A DNA stretch of 64,000 nt from an uncultured Holophagales bacterium (GCA_963842525.1 CAWJGT010000034.1:128001-192000); one strand, 5' to 3'; shown: positions 27,711 to 38,000, counted from the first letter of the stretch. The notes: generated from the letters alone by a model not told the origin. Made by a program: numbers and translations.

Positions 27711-28164
27711 TTGGAGCTGGGCGACGTGAAGGTCCCGGCTCCGGTGATCGACGTCGCCCTGGTCGAGAAGGGGGCGTTCGCCGACCCTTATCTGGCCGGG
27801 AACGTGGGCGGCGGCGTCCTCAAGCGCTTCACCGTGACGTTCGACTACGGACAGCAGAAGCTGATCTTCGAGCCCAACGAGAGCTACGGAGCTTCCCGAC
27901 GTCTACGACCGGGCCGGCGTCTGGATCAACCGTGACGAGGACGGCTACCGGATCGAGGATGTGGCCCCGGGCGGCCCGGCGGCCGAGGCGGGCCTGAAGA
28001 TCGGGGACGTCGTCGTCACCCTGGACGGCCGTAACGCCGCGGACCTCTCCCTGGCCGACGCCCGCCAGCGCTTGAGGGACTCTCCCGGCACGCGGGTCCG
28101 GCTGACGGTCCGCTCCGGCACGGCGACGCGCGAGGTGACGGTGGTGCTGCGGGATCTGGTGTAG
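27711..28164 (+). pseudogene. 5'-truncated aspartyl-protease + PDZ gene remnant
   Basis: LELGDVKV...AGNVGGGVLKRFTVTFDY then, after a frameshift near 27890, PDZ-like VAPGGPAAEAGLKIGDVV; no start codon or N-terminal half. Confidence 0.65.
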
Positions 28165-28318
28165 CCTCACCCCCTGTCCCCCTCTCCCATCGCCCAATGC
28201 CGAACCTCCTCGGGGACTCCCTCGTAAGAAAAGCCTCGACCTCGCCTGCAAGCCCGAGCTACGTCCCCCCTCTCCCGGTCGGGGGGAGGGCGATGGGAGA
28301 GGGGGACAGGGGGTGAGG
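28165..28318. repeat. REP/REPIN-like palindromic element between convergent genes
   Basis: CCTCACCCCCTGTCCCCCTCTCCCATCGCCC...GGGCGATGGGAGAGGGGGACAGGGGGTGAGG. Confidence 0.85.
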
Positions 28319-28319
28319 T

Positions 28320-28829
28320 CTACTCCAGCCAGGGCTGGAACGCCTCTTCCGCCTCCGGTGTCAGGTCGGGGTGCTGCATGAGCATGCGGGCGCAGGTGTT
28401 CCACCGCAGGATGGCATCGTCGTTGGCGGCAGGACGGACCGCGGCGGCTTTCTCGAAGTGGTCCATGGCCTGTCGCAACCATTCGTAAGCGCTGTGGCCG
28501 GCGACGGGGCCACCGCGCTTCAGGTGGGCCTTGGCCCTCCGCTCGCAGAGAATGCCGCTGTAATAGTGCCGGCTGTACTCGTCACGGAGCCGCGCCAGCA
28601 CGTCACGCGCCTGTTCGGCGGCGGCGGCCAGGCGGTCTTCGAACTGGTCGGTCAGGGCCAGGAACAGGGTGACGAGCGCGTCCTGATTCTCCGAGTCCAC
28701 CGCCAGGATGTCGCGGCAGATGCTCTCGGCCTCCATGGGCTCGTTGAGGAGGCGGTAACGGTGGGCCTTCTCCAGAGCGGCGGGGATGGCTTCGCGCGAG
28801 AGGGGCTTCAGCTCGAATTTTGCCGGCAT
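28320..28829 (-). CDS. Hypothetical helical protein, fourth gene of the sdh operon
   Basis: MPAKFELKPLSREAIPAALEKAHRYRLLNEP...; AAGGAGG RBS; 14 bp after sdhB. Confidence 0.75.
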   Translation of the reverse strand: MPAKFELKPLSREAIPAALEKAHRYRLLNEPMEAESICRDILAVDSENQDALVTLFLALTDQFEDRLAAAAEQARDVLARLRDEYSRHYYSGILCERRAKAHLKRGGPVAGHSAYEWLRQAMDHFEKAAAVRPAANDDAILRWNTCARMLMQHPDLTPEAEEAFQPWLE

Positions 28830-28843
28830 GGGCAGGCCCTCCT

Positions 28844-29591
28844 TCAGCTCGATCCGCGGAAGACCCGGAAGAGGCGCCGGAGCGGATCGTAGAGCTCGTC
28901 GACCACCCGCTCCTTGAGCGGGATGATGGCATTGTCGGTAATCGTGATGTTTTCGGGACACACCTTCGTGCAGCACTTGGTGATGTTGCAGTAGCCGATG
29001 CCGTCGCGACCTCGGAGGTCTTCGACGCGGTCCTGGACATCCAGCGGGTGCATCTCGAGGGCCGCGGCATAGACCAGCAGGCGCGGGCCGATGAATTCGT
29101 CGTGAAGCTGGTGCTCGCGCAGGACGTGGCAGACGTCCTGGCAGAGGAAGCACTCGATGCATTTGCGGAACTCCTGCACCCGGTCGACGTCCTCCTGCGC
29201 GATCCGCCAAGTGCCATCCGGTGCGTCCGGCGGGCGCGGCTGGAACTTCTTGATCCTCTTCTTGGCCGCGAAGTTCCAGGAGACGTTGGTCACCAGGTCG
29301 CGGATCAATGGAAAGGTTTTCATCGGCTCGATGGTGACCGGCTGGTCCAGCGGCAGATCGCTCAACCGGGTCATGCACATCAGCCGCGGCGAGCCGTTGA
29401 CCTCGGCCGAGCACGAGCCGCACTTGCCCGCCTTGCAGTTCCAGCGCACGGCCAGGTCGTTGGCCGGCCCGGCCTGGATCTGGTGCACGGCGTCGAGCAC
29501 GACCATGCCTTCGGAGACCTCGGCCGGATAGTCCACGAACGCGCCGCCTGCGGCATCGCCCCGCCAGATCCTGAAACGTTGCCTGCGCCAT
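28844..29591 (-). CDS. sdhB: Succinate dehydrogenase/fumarate reductase Fe-S subunit; frameshift near 29575
   Basis: CKAGKCGSC, CIECFLCQDVC, CNITKCCTKVCP; one extra T breaks MAQATFRIWRG. Confidence 0.9.
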
Positions 29592-31409
29592 CACTTCATC
29601 TCCTCGATGACCGCCTGCAGCTCCGGGCTCAGCGCGGGGAGCGGCTCGCGGGAGACCTGCATCTCCCCGTCCGGCCCCTTGCGGACGATGACGTTGACCC
29701 GGCCGAACGCATCGTCCTTCTCCGGGTAGTCGTCGCGGAACTGGGCGCCGCGGCTCTCCTTGCGTTCCAGGGCCGCACGGGTGATCGCTTCGGACACGGT
29801 GAGCAGGTTGTCGAGGTCCAGGGCGGTGTGCCAGCCGGGGTTGTATTCGCGGTTGCCGGGGACGGCGACCTGCGCCGCCCGTTGGCGGAGGCGGCCGAGC
29901 CCTTCGAGGGCGCGCTCCATCTCCTCACCCGTGCGGACGATTCCCACCAGGTCCTGCATCATCTTTTGCAGCTCGTGCTGGATCGCGTACGGCCCTTCGC
30001 CCCCTGCATGTCCATTTTGCTCGAAGGGCACCACGGCCCGTCGCGCCGCCGCGTCGACCTGCGCCTCGTCGATCCGTCCGGGTCCGTGCTCGCGCGCGAT
30101 CCGCGCGGCGTGCTCGCCGGCCCGTTGGCCGAAGACCAGGAGGTCCGACAGCGAGTTGCCGCCCAGGCGGTTGGCGCCGTGCAGGCCGGCTCCGCACTCG
30201 CCGGCGGCGAAGAGGCCCGGCACCGAGGACATCTGGCTTTCGGGATCGACCCGCACCCCGCCCATCATGTAGTGGGTCGTGGGCCCCACCTCCATGGGCT
30301 CGCGGGTGATGTCGATCCCGGCGAGCTGCTTGAACTGGTGATACATGCTGGGGAGCTTCTTCTTGATGTGCTCCTCCGCGTGCGGCAGCCGCTCCTTGAT
30401 CCAGGAGATGTCGAGGAACACGCCGCCGTGCGGGCTACCCCTGCCTTCCCGGATCTCGCGCACGATGCAGCGCGCCACATGGTCGCGGGTGAGGAGCTCC
30501 GGGCGGCCGGCGGGCCTCCTTGTCCCCCTGGCAATAGCGCCAGCCCTCCTCCTCGTTGTCGGCGGTCTGGCTGCGGTACAGAGGAGGAATGTCGTCGAAC
30601 ATGAAGCGCCGTCCCTCGCGGTTGCGCAGCACTCCGCCCTCGCCCCGCACCCCTTCGGTCACCAGGATGCCGCGCACGCTGGGCGGCCAGACCATGCCGG
30701 TGGGATGGAACTGGACGAACTCCATGTCGATCAGGTCGGCGCCGGCGTCGTAGGCCAGGGCATGGCCGTCGCCGGTGTATTCCCAACTGTTGCTGGTGAT
30801 CGAAAAGGCGCGGCCGATGCCGCCGGTCGCAAGGACTACGGCCCCGGCCTGGAAGACCAGGAACCGGCCCCGCTCCCGGTCGTAGCCGAACGCTCCCACC
30901 ACCCGGTCGCCGTCCTTGAGGAGCGTGGTGACCGTGTGCTCCATGTGGAAGTCGATCCCCTGGTGGATGCCGTGGTCCTGGAGCGTGCGGATCATCTCGA
31001 GGCCGGTGCGGTCGCCGACGTGGGCGAGGCGGGGATAGCGGTGGCCGCCGAAGTTGCGCTGCAGGATGCGGCCATCCGGCGTGCGGTCGAAGAGCGCGCC
31101 CCAGGCCTCAAGCTCGCGCACTCGGTCGGGAGCCTCCTTGGCGTGGATCTCGGCCATGCGCGGATGGCTCAGGTACTGACCGCCGCGCATCGTGTCCGCG
31201 AAGTGGACCTTCCAACCGTCGCGCTCGTCCACGTTGGCCAGGGCCGCGGCGATTCCCCCTTCGGCCATCACGGTATGGGCCTTGCCCAGGAGCGACTTCG
31301 ACACGACACCCACTTTGGCCCCGGCGGCCGAGGCCGCGATGGCGGCTCGCAGGCCGGCGCCCCCGGCGCCGATCACCAGCACGTCGTATTCGTGGCGTGG
31401 AAGATCCAT
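29591..31409 (-). CDS. sdhA: Succinate dehydrogenase/fumarate reductase flavoprotein; frameshift near 30500
   Basis: IGAGGAGL, KAHTVMAEGG, QFHPTG, TEGVRGEGG, HYMMGG, HGANRLGGNSL, ESRGA. Confidence 0.92.
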
Positions 31410-31411
31410 TC

Positions 31412-32212
31412 CTAGAAGATCCTCCAGTCGGTCCAGATCCCCATCGAGCAGAGGCGGACATAGAGGTCCGAGAAGCCCACGGAGAACAGGCTCATCCAGG
31501 CCCACAGCATGTGCCGGCGGTTGAAGCAGCCGACGCATTGGTAGGCCTTGAAGCGCGCGGGAGTCCGGGAGAGCTGGTCCAGCCGTCCGCCGATCAGGTG
31601 GCGCAGCGAATGGCAGCCAAAGGTGTAGCCGCCCAGCATGACCGTATTGGCGGCCAGCACCAGGGTGCCCACCCCGATGCCGAACGACACCGCGCCCGTG
31701 GCGGGATCGGTGAACCACAGGGCCTTCCAGACGTCGTGCGCGAGGAAGATCAGGAAGACGAGGGCGAGATAGAGGAAGTAGCGGTGGACGTTCTGAATGA
31801 TCAGGGGGAAGGAGCGCTCGCCGCGATAGTGCTTGCGCGGCTCGCCTACCGTGCAGGCCGGCGGATCGGCCCAGAACGCCTTGTAGTAGGCGCCACGGTA
31901 GTAGTAGCAGGTGAGGCGGAAGCCGCCGGGCGCCCAGAGGATGAAGAAGGCCGCCGACCACGGGAACCATCCCGGCCACCAGTCGGGCTTGCCGCCGAAC
32001 CAACTGTGCTCGGCGTCGCCGAAGAGCTCGGGGGAGTAGAGCGGAGAGAGATAGGGGCCGGCGTGGTAGTGCGCGTCCTGGAACGCCGCCCAGGTCGAGT
32101 AGACGATGAAGGCGGAGAGCCCGAGGAAGACCACCAAGGGCTGCACCCACCACGCATCGCGGCGCATCGTCTCGCCGAAGGTCCGCCGCTGGAGAACGCC
32201 CGTGTGACCCAT
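31412..32212 (-). CDS. Succinate dehydrogenase membrane anchor (actinobacterial Sdh1/Rv0249c-like)
   Basis: YLSPLYSP, FRLTCYYYRGAYY, QNVHRY, YTFGCHSLRH; 5 TMs; first gene of the operon. Confidence 0.8.
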   Translation of the reverse strand: MGHTGVLQRRTFGETMRRDAWWVQPLVVFLGLSAFIVYSTWAAFQDAHYHAGPYLSPLYSPELFGDAEHSWFGGKPDWWPGWFPWSAAFFILWAPGGFRLTCYYYRGAYYKAFWADPPACTVGEPRKHYRGERSFPLIIQNVHRYFLYLALVFLIFLAHDVWKALWFTDPATGAVSFGIGVGTLVLAANTVMLGGYTFGCHSLRHLIGGRLDQLSRTPARFKAYQCVGCFNRRHMLWAWMSLFSVGFSDLYVRLCSMGIWTDWRIF

Positions 32213-32379
32213 GCCTGTTGCCCCCGTAGCGGAGCGGGCCCCGCCTGAGTGAACGCGAAAAGCCGGTCAGGTCGTCCGTAAGAACCGAGGGTATTGAAGC
32301 CCAAGCCGGGGGAGGGTGTCAAACCTCGCTCCTGGCCGAAGTCGTGACGCTCGCAGCGACGTCCTGTGCGAGCCTTCCG

Positions 32380-33642
32380 TCAAGGCTTCGTTGCCGCCTG
32401 CGGGTCCCGCCTTTCAGTCCCCAGGCGCGCCCGCAGTCTGCCCGCCGGGTCTTCGAGTCGAAGGACGTAGAGGTTCGAGAAGGTGCATGGGAATACGCTC
32501 AGCGCGGCGTTGAGGCTCACCATGCCGGAGAGTCCCGCGAGCTCGCCGGTTCCCCCCTTGATCGGGCCGAAGCCGCCGATCCGGAAGGCCGGCGTGGCGA
32601 CTCCCGGCAGGGCGGCGCGGAAGGCGCGCCCCTCGACGAGGTTCGCATGGAGGGAGCCGAGGCTGCTCCCCGCAGGATCGTGGAGGCTGAAGACCCCTCC
32701 CGTCGTCTGGAGTGGGATCACCGCTCCCGGGCTCTGGAAATCGCAATAGAACAGCGACGACCTAGTCCCCACCGGCGGACCGATCTCCGTACGGCTGCGC
32801 AGCAGGGCGGAGGTCTCGAGGGCGTCGCCGAAGCGGACAAGGCGGAGGTTTTCGGAGATCTGGGCACCGATGAGCCGCCCCTCCGGCCCGAACAGGAGCC
32901 GGGCCGGCCGCTGCGGATCGGTCTCTCCGAGCAGGAACAGGGTCATGATCCCCGGATCGGGGAGAACCGGGCTCGGCTCCATGGGGACGAGAGGCTCCTC
33001 GGCAGCGATCCGGCCGGCCGGATCCAGGACGCGGAAAACCAGGTGGAGACGCAGGTCGTCCGGCGGCCGGAGCAGGCCGTCCAGCACCAGCGTGGCCCCG
33101 GGGAAGGTCTCGCCCGGCAGACCAGCAAGGTCGCCGGCTCCCGCCAGGACATCGATCACGGCGCCAATCTTCAAGGCCGGCCGGCCATCGATGGTGGCCG
33201 GGAAGGTGCGCCCGGAGCCGAAGATCTGGATGCTGCTCGCCTTCCGGTCGTGGAAATCCAGCCGTCCATCGAGCAGGGCGAGCCGCTGGGCGCGGAAGGG
33301 GTTGAGGAGTGTGGGAGGAGGCACGAGCCCGGGACCGGGGACGAAGTCGTCCGGGATCGGCGTCAGCCGGCCATGGATCTCGGCGATGGGGAGCCGTCCC
33401 ATCTGGCGGCCGTCGAAACGGTGGAGCGGCGCATCGACGTGGACCGCGACCAGGAGTTGGTCCCGCAGGATCGGGAGGAGCGGGACCGGCTGATTCAGGA
33501 CCGATGGCCCGGGGGCGCTGACCACCGGGAAGCAGGCCGCCGCCGCGAGCAGGCGGGCCACCTCGGCGATCTTGCCGGCGTCCGGCGGCGCGCCGGGCGG
33601 GGTCACCCGAGACACCGTTGGCGTCGTTCTCGATCTGGGCAT
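32380..33642 (-). CDS. Hypothetical protein with two dirigent/allene-oxide-cyclase-like barrel motifs
   Basis: DVLAGAGDLAGLPG and GPIKGGTGELAGLSG recall the dirigent/AOC-type I.GGTG.F.GA.G motif; last gene of the cluster. Confidence 0.6.
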   Translation of the reverse strand: MPRSRTTPTVSRVTPPGAPPDAGKIAEVARLLAAAACFPVVSAPGPSVLNQPVPLLPILRDQLLVAVHVDAPLHRFDGRQMGRLPIAEIHGRLTPIPDDFVPGPGLVPPPTLLNPFRAQRLALLDGRLDFHDRKASSIQIFGSGRTFPATIDGRPALKIGAVIDVLAGAGDLAGLPGETFPGATLVLDGLLRPPDDLRLHLVFRVLDPAGRIAAEEPLVPMEPSPVLPDPGIMTLFLLGETDPQRPARLLFGPEGRLIGAQISENLRLVRFGDALETSALLRSRTEIGPPVGTRSSLFYCDFQSPGAVIPLQTTGGVFSLHDPAGSSLGSLHANLVEGRAFRAALPGVATPAFRIGGFGPIKGGTGELAGLSGMVSLNAALSVFPCTFSNLYVLRLEDPAGRLRARLGTERRDPQAATKP

Positions 33643-33648
33643 GATCGG

Positions 33649-34053
33649 CTATTTCGACCGGGCCGCCTCGGGAGGCGACGGAACCGGTCCCCACCCGCGG
33701 GCCCCCTGCTGTTGCCGCCAAGCGGTCCCGTTCATCCAGGACGCCGAATCGACACCCAATTGCAGGATCTCGATGCCCAGGTTCCCCGCCTGCGCGACGG
33801 GGCCGCTCGGCGCGTCGTTCTTCGGGCCCAGGCCGACGAAGCTGAACGACAGGTCCACCATTGCCTGCTGCAACCGGTCGCCGGCCCGGAAGGCCGAGCG
33901 CAGCCCCGGCCCGAGCGCCTCTTCCGCGGTGCGGGTCACGGCCCCGAAGGCCTTCACCGCCCGGCGCGGAGACATCAGGTTGGTCATCTGCTCGACGCCG
34001 AACAGGGACATCGCCCACGAGAAGCTCGCCATGGAACGGGCCAATTCACGCAT
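33649..34053 (-). CDS. Small protein consisting mainly of the shared 'SFSWAM' module
   Basis: MRELARSMASFSWAMSLFGVEQM...AGDRLQQAMVDLSFS; GGGAGG RBS. Confidence 0.8.
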   Translation of the reverse strand: MRELARSMASFSWAMSLFGVEQMTNLMSPRRAVKAFGAVTRTAEEALGPGLRSAFRAGDRLQQAMVDLSFSFVGLGPKNDAPSGPVAQAGNLGIEILQLGVDSASWMNGTAWRQQQGARGWGPVPSPPEAARSK

Positions 34054-34109
34054 GGTCGTGCCTCCCTCTTTCAACGCAAGCATAATGAAACAGGCGCTGC
34101 CCGGGGGAT

Positions 34110-34898
34110 TCAAAGAGGATTCAAGAGGAGCCCGGCGTCCCGGGCGCGGACGAGGATTTCCTCTCCCAGGCGGCCGTAGGCATGGGCACCTTTCGACCAG
34201 CCCTCGTAGTGGAAGATGGTGCGGCTGTGGGCCGGCGCCTCGGCGAGGCGGACGTTGATCGGAATCTCGGTCTGGCAGACGCTCGCTCCGTAGGTCCCGC
34301 GGAGCCCCTCCACCACCTTCCCGGTCACCGCCGTGCGGCGGTCGGCCATGGTCACGAGGATGCCCAACAGCTCGGGGATCCGTTCGAGGCGCCCGCGGAC
34401 CTCCTCCAGCGCCTCGAACAGCGCCTCCAGGGCCTCGGTGTTCAGAGGCTGCGGCACGACCGGGACGAGGAAGGCGTCGGCGGCGGCCAGGGCATTGAGG
34501 GTCAGGATCGACAGCCCGGGCGGGCAGTCCACGAGGATGACGTCGTAGTGGCGGCGGATGGGAGCGAGCGCCTCCGCAAGGGCCTTCTCCGGCTCTTTCC
34601 GGCGGGCGAGCGCGACGTCGCTGCTCGCCAGGCGCAGCGAGCCCGGCAGCAGATCGATCCTCTCGACGCCGGTGTCCCAGATCGCCTGGCCGGCAGGGAC
34701 CTTGCCGTTCAGGACTTCGGCCACCGACGGCTCGGCGTCCCGCCGGTGGATGCCGAACGAGTGGGTCGCCGAGGCTTGCGGATCGAGGTCGACGACCAGC
34801 ACCTCGAAGCCGCTCTCGGCGGCGAAGAAGGCCGCCAGATTGACCGCCGTCGTCGTCTTGCCGACGCCTCCCTTGATGTTCACCAGGGCCAGGTTCAT
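34110..34898 (-). CDS. parA: ParA/Soj family ATPase (orphan)
   Basis: KGGVGKTTTAVN deviant Walker A, DLDPQASAT, VDCPP, EAPAH; no parB in the window. Confidence 0.9.
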   Translation of the reverse strand: MNLALVNIKGGVGKTTTAVNLAAFFAAESGFEVLVVDLDPQASATHSFGIHRRDAEPSVAEVLNGKVPAGQAIWDTGVERIDLLPGSLRLASSDVALARRKEPEKALAEALAPIRRHYDVILVDCPPGLSILTLNALAAADAFLVPVVPQPLNTEALEALFEALEEVRGRLERIPELLGILVTMADRRTAVTGKVVEGLRGTYGASVCQTEIPINVRLAEAPAHSRTIFHYEGWSKGAHAYGRLGEEILVRARDAGLLLNPL

Positions 34899-34921
34899 GC
34901 CATGGATCCGCTCACCGCGGC

Positions 34922-36586
34922 TCACGCAGCCACATCCGGCACCATCCTTTCGGCAATCCTTTCGGCCAGGGCGGAGATCGTGATCAGGGGGTTGACCGCC
35001 AGAGCCATCGGAATGATGGCGCCGTCGACCACGTAGAGCCCCTGGTGCACTCCGCCCTCGCCGTCGAAGACCCGGCCGTCCACATCCACCACCCCGGAGT
35101 CGGCGTCCTCGCCGAGATGGCAGCCGCCCATGGGATGCGCCGTGACCAGGTTGTCGTGGTGCGTCCACGGGTTGAACCGGCCGAGGTGGACGAAGGTCCC
35201 GCCGAGGGTCCGGGCGTGCTCGCGGAGCTCGTCGTCGACCATCTTGTAGACCGGGTCCGTGAGGAGGTCCGGCCATTCGACCTGCAGGCGGTCCTTGTTG
35301 TCGAGCACCATCCTGCCCTGGGCGTTGTCGAGCGCCATGGCCAGGTACACCATCGAATGGTTTGCCGCTCCATCCGGCCGCCAACCCACCAGGTCGTCCT
35401 TGATCCGGCCGAGCTCGCGCAGCTTGTCCCCCTTGTCGGTGTCCGTACCGGTGACGGCGGCCAGCCCGGGCAGGGTGTACCGGAAAAAATCGACCAGCCC
35501 GCTGGGAAAGGTGGTGAAGTCCTGGATGGTGAACCGCTGCCGGATGGGCTGGCCGCGGTGGTACTGGATGCCGCTGACGATGGTCGGACCGGGCTGCACC
35601 TGGGCGCGCGGCGAATCCGGGTGATTGCCGTAGCCCAGGACGTTGGTGCGTTCGTTGGTGTTGTACGCCAGGGCCAGATAGTCGCCGTTGCCGCTGAAGC
35701 CGTCGCCCAGGTGGGACGAGGCGTTCAGGCCCTGCTGGACCGAGCGCAGAAGGATCTCGGTCGAGCCCAGCGTTCCGCCGGACAGGACGACGTTCTTCGC
35801 CCGCAGCCGCCGCGGCGCGCCGAAGCCTTTGAGGTGGTTGTAGCGGTAGTGGACGACGTATCCACCGCTGCCCTTCTCGATCCAGAGCACCTCGATCTGC
35901 GTGAAGATCTCGGCGCCCTTTTGCCGGGCGTAGGGGATGTAGTTCATGTACAGGGTGTTCTTGGCGCCGACGTTGCAGCCGGTGATGCAGTCGTTGCAAT
36001 TGATGCACGGCTTCTGGAGGACGCCGACGTGGTTCGGGCCGTCGACGTCGAAGTTGACGGCGATGGGCATCGGCCAGAACTTGTTGCCGTCCGGGACCTG
36101 CTGGGCCCGCTTTTCGATCATCTGCACCTTGGTGAGCTGCAGGGCGTTCGGGTGGGGCCGCACACGCAGCATCTCCTCGGCCTTCTCGTAGTACTTCCAG
36201 AGCTCGCCCGAAGCCGCCAGGTCGCGGTAGAGCCGCGGCCAGCTCTGGTTGTCGAACAGCTCCGGATCGGGCCGCAACGCGACGTTGGCGTTGATCAGCG
36301 ACGTGCCGCCGAGGCCGCTCCCCTTGAGGACGTCGATGTCGTTGCAGAGGTAGTAGTCGATGTAGCCGAGGGGATGCTTCTTGTTGCGGATGTTGCCGGC
36401 GAGCTTGCGCAGGCTGTCCGGAAAGTCGCCGGGATGCCATTCCTGGCCCCGCTCGAGCAGGCAGACCGGCAGCCCGCGTTCGGCCAGCCGCGCGGCGGTG
36501 ATGGCGCCGCCATAGCCGGAGCCGATGACGACGGTGGGATATTCGTCCTTGAGGGTGCCGCTCGCGTCCGCCAGAAGCTCGCTCAC
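34922..36586 (-). CDS. GMC oxidoreductase, cholesterol-oxidase-like
   Basis: VIGSGYGG, LERG, GLGGTSLINANV, CINCNDCITGC..GAKNTL, TAHPMGGC, YVVDG, NPLITISALAER. Confidence 0.85.
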   Translation of the reverse strand: MSELLADASGTLKDEYPTVVIGSGYGGAITAARLAERGLPVCLLERGQEWHPGDFPDSLRKLAGNIRNKKHPLGYIDYYLCNDIDVLKGSGLGGTSLINANVALRPDPELFDNQSWPRLYRDLAASGELWKYYEKAEEMLRVRPHPNALQLTKVQMIEKRAQQVPDGNKFWPMPIAVNFDVDGPNHVGVLQKPCINCNDCITGCNVGAKNTLYMNYIPYARQKGAEIFTQIEVLWIEKGSGGYVVHYRYNHLKGFGAPRRLRAKNVVLSGGTLGSTEILLRSVQQGLNASSHLGDGFSGNGDYLALAYNTNERTNVLGYGNHPDSPRAQVQPGPTIVSGIQYHRGQPIRQRFTIQDFTTFPSGLVDFFRYTLPGLAAVTGTDTDKGDKLRELGRIKDDLVGWRPDGAANHSMVYLAMALDNAQGRMVLDNKDRLQVEWPDLLTDPVYKMVDDELREHARTLGGTFVHLGRFNPWTHHDNLVTAHPMGGCHLGEDADSGVVDVDGRVFDGEGGVHQGLYVVDGAIIPMALAVNPLITISALAERIAERMVPDVAA

Positions 36587-36599
36587 GGTCGTCTCTCCT

Positions 36600-38000
36600 C
36601 TAGAACCTGAAGGTGAAGGAAGCCAGGCCCGAGATGATCTGTTCGGAGATCGTGAACCTGCCACCGGGGACGTTTTGCTGATTCAGTGGCGGCCCCGTGG
36701 TGCGATCCCCCCTCAGGAAGGGACTGAGCAACGGCCCCGAGACCTCGTGGCGGGGCGCGTAGTAGGCGCCCAGGCTCAGCTCGATCTTGTCGGTGGCCCG
36801 CACTCCCAGCCCGAGCGTGTAGTGGTCCTTGAACGTCGGGGGAGTCCCGAGGCTGGTGAACGCCACCTCGCTACGGATCGGCGTCTCGCTGTAGTTGAAG
36901 CCGCCCCGCAGCGTGACTTTCTCCGAGACCTCATACTCCACGCCGATGGCGCCAACCAAGATGTCGGCCCAGCCGATCCCGTTCAGGCTGCGGTCCGTCT
37001 TGAAGCCTCCCGGGCCGCCCGCACCCTCGACGCTGCTGTAGTCCACCCAGCGGGCATCGAACCCAGCCCTCCATTTCCTGCCGGGATCGTAGGCGAATCC
37101 GGCCGAGACGATCTGGGGGCCATCGAGCGCATAGCTGACAACTCTGTGCTCGCCGTAGTGTTCGTTGCGGGTTTGTGCACCGGTATTCGGATCGGTTTCG
37201 TACGGCAGGGAATTGAAGGAGTTCCACTCGTAGTCGGCGAAGTCCTGCGGACTGGTGTACGAGAACCCTACGCTCCAAGCCTCGTTCAGGCGGTAGTGCA
37301 GGCCCACCTGGACGGCCAGCGCGTAGGAGGTCACCACGTTCTCGGCAGGCGCGTAGAAGCAATCGACGACGCGGCCCGACCCAGGCGTCGGCGCGGTGCA
37401 GTCCGGCACTGCCGGTGGCAGAGGAGAGATGGACAATGCACCCTGGTAGACGACGAGACTGCCGCCGAGCGAGAGCTTCGGGCTCACCTCGTAAGCCAGC
37501 GACAGAGGGATCTTCAGGATGGCCAGATTGGTCTTGACCGTGCCAAAGCCGTCCGGCTGCGGCAGGAAGATGGGGTTGCTCGGATCCTGGGGCCAGTCGG
37601 TGCGAAATCCCGCGACTGCAAGGAGGCCGAAGCCGACGGCCCAGGGGCGACCCTGTGGATGGTAGAGCAGACCGATGGCAGGTAGGACGCCCGGCTCGGT
37701 GTCTCCTTCGGTGGTGAAGGGCCCGCGCCCGAACGGTACGTCGCTTGCAAAACTCGCCGTCGCCTTCGGTCCATCCGTGAAGACCTCCACGCCGATGCCG
37801 ACCTGGTAACCGTCGAAGCAGGTCAGCAGCGCCGGATTGACGTGCAGCGTGCCGATCACCTCGACCGGCAGCGCGGTCGACACGCCTCCGAGCGAGCTGT
37901 TGATTGCGCCCACGCCATGCAGGAGGTGCCCGTTGCCGGCCCGGACCGAAACCGTCACGAGCAAGGCCGCGATAGTAAGGAGCCCAATTTTCTTGACCAC
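36600..38000 (-). CDS. OmpP1/FadL/TodX outer-membrane hydrophobic-compound transporter
   Basis: Signal peptide, G..SSLGG...NPALL hatch motif, LRGGFNYSETPI, C-terminal FTFRF. Confidence 0.85.
   Translation of the reverse strand: MVKKIGLLTIAALLVTVSVRAGNGHLLHGVGAINSSLGGVSTALPVEVIGTLHVNPALLTCFDGYQVGIGVEVFTDGPKATASFASDVPFGRGPFTTEGDTEPGVLPAIGLLYHPQGRPWAVGFGLLAVAGFRTDWPQDPSNPIFLPQPDGFGTVKTNLAILKIPLSLAYEVSPKLSLGGSLVVYQGALSISPLPPAVPDCTAPTPGSGRVVDCFYAPAENVVTSYALAVQVGLHYRLNEAWSVGFSYTSPQDFADYEWNSFNSLPYETDPNTGAQTRNEHYGEHRVVSYALDGPQIVSAGFAYDPGRKWRAGFDARWVDYSSVEGAGGPGGFKTDRSLNGIGWADILVGAIGVEYEVSEKVTLRGGFNYSETPIRSEVAFTSLGTPPTFKDHYTLGLGVRATDKIELSLGAYYAPRHEVSGPLLSPFLRGDRTTGPPLNQQNVPGGRFTISEQIISGLASFTFRF

Noticed and set aside
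29570-30510. Programmed frameshifting or true pseudogenes in sdhA/sdhB
   Set aside because: No slippery heptamers are evident and similar indels occur across unrelated genes, so error is more likely
34110-36440. 776-aa ParA fusion
   Set aside because: The upstream part is an off-frame read of the GMC oxidase; ParA starts at ATG 34898
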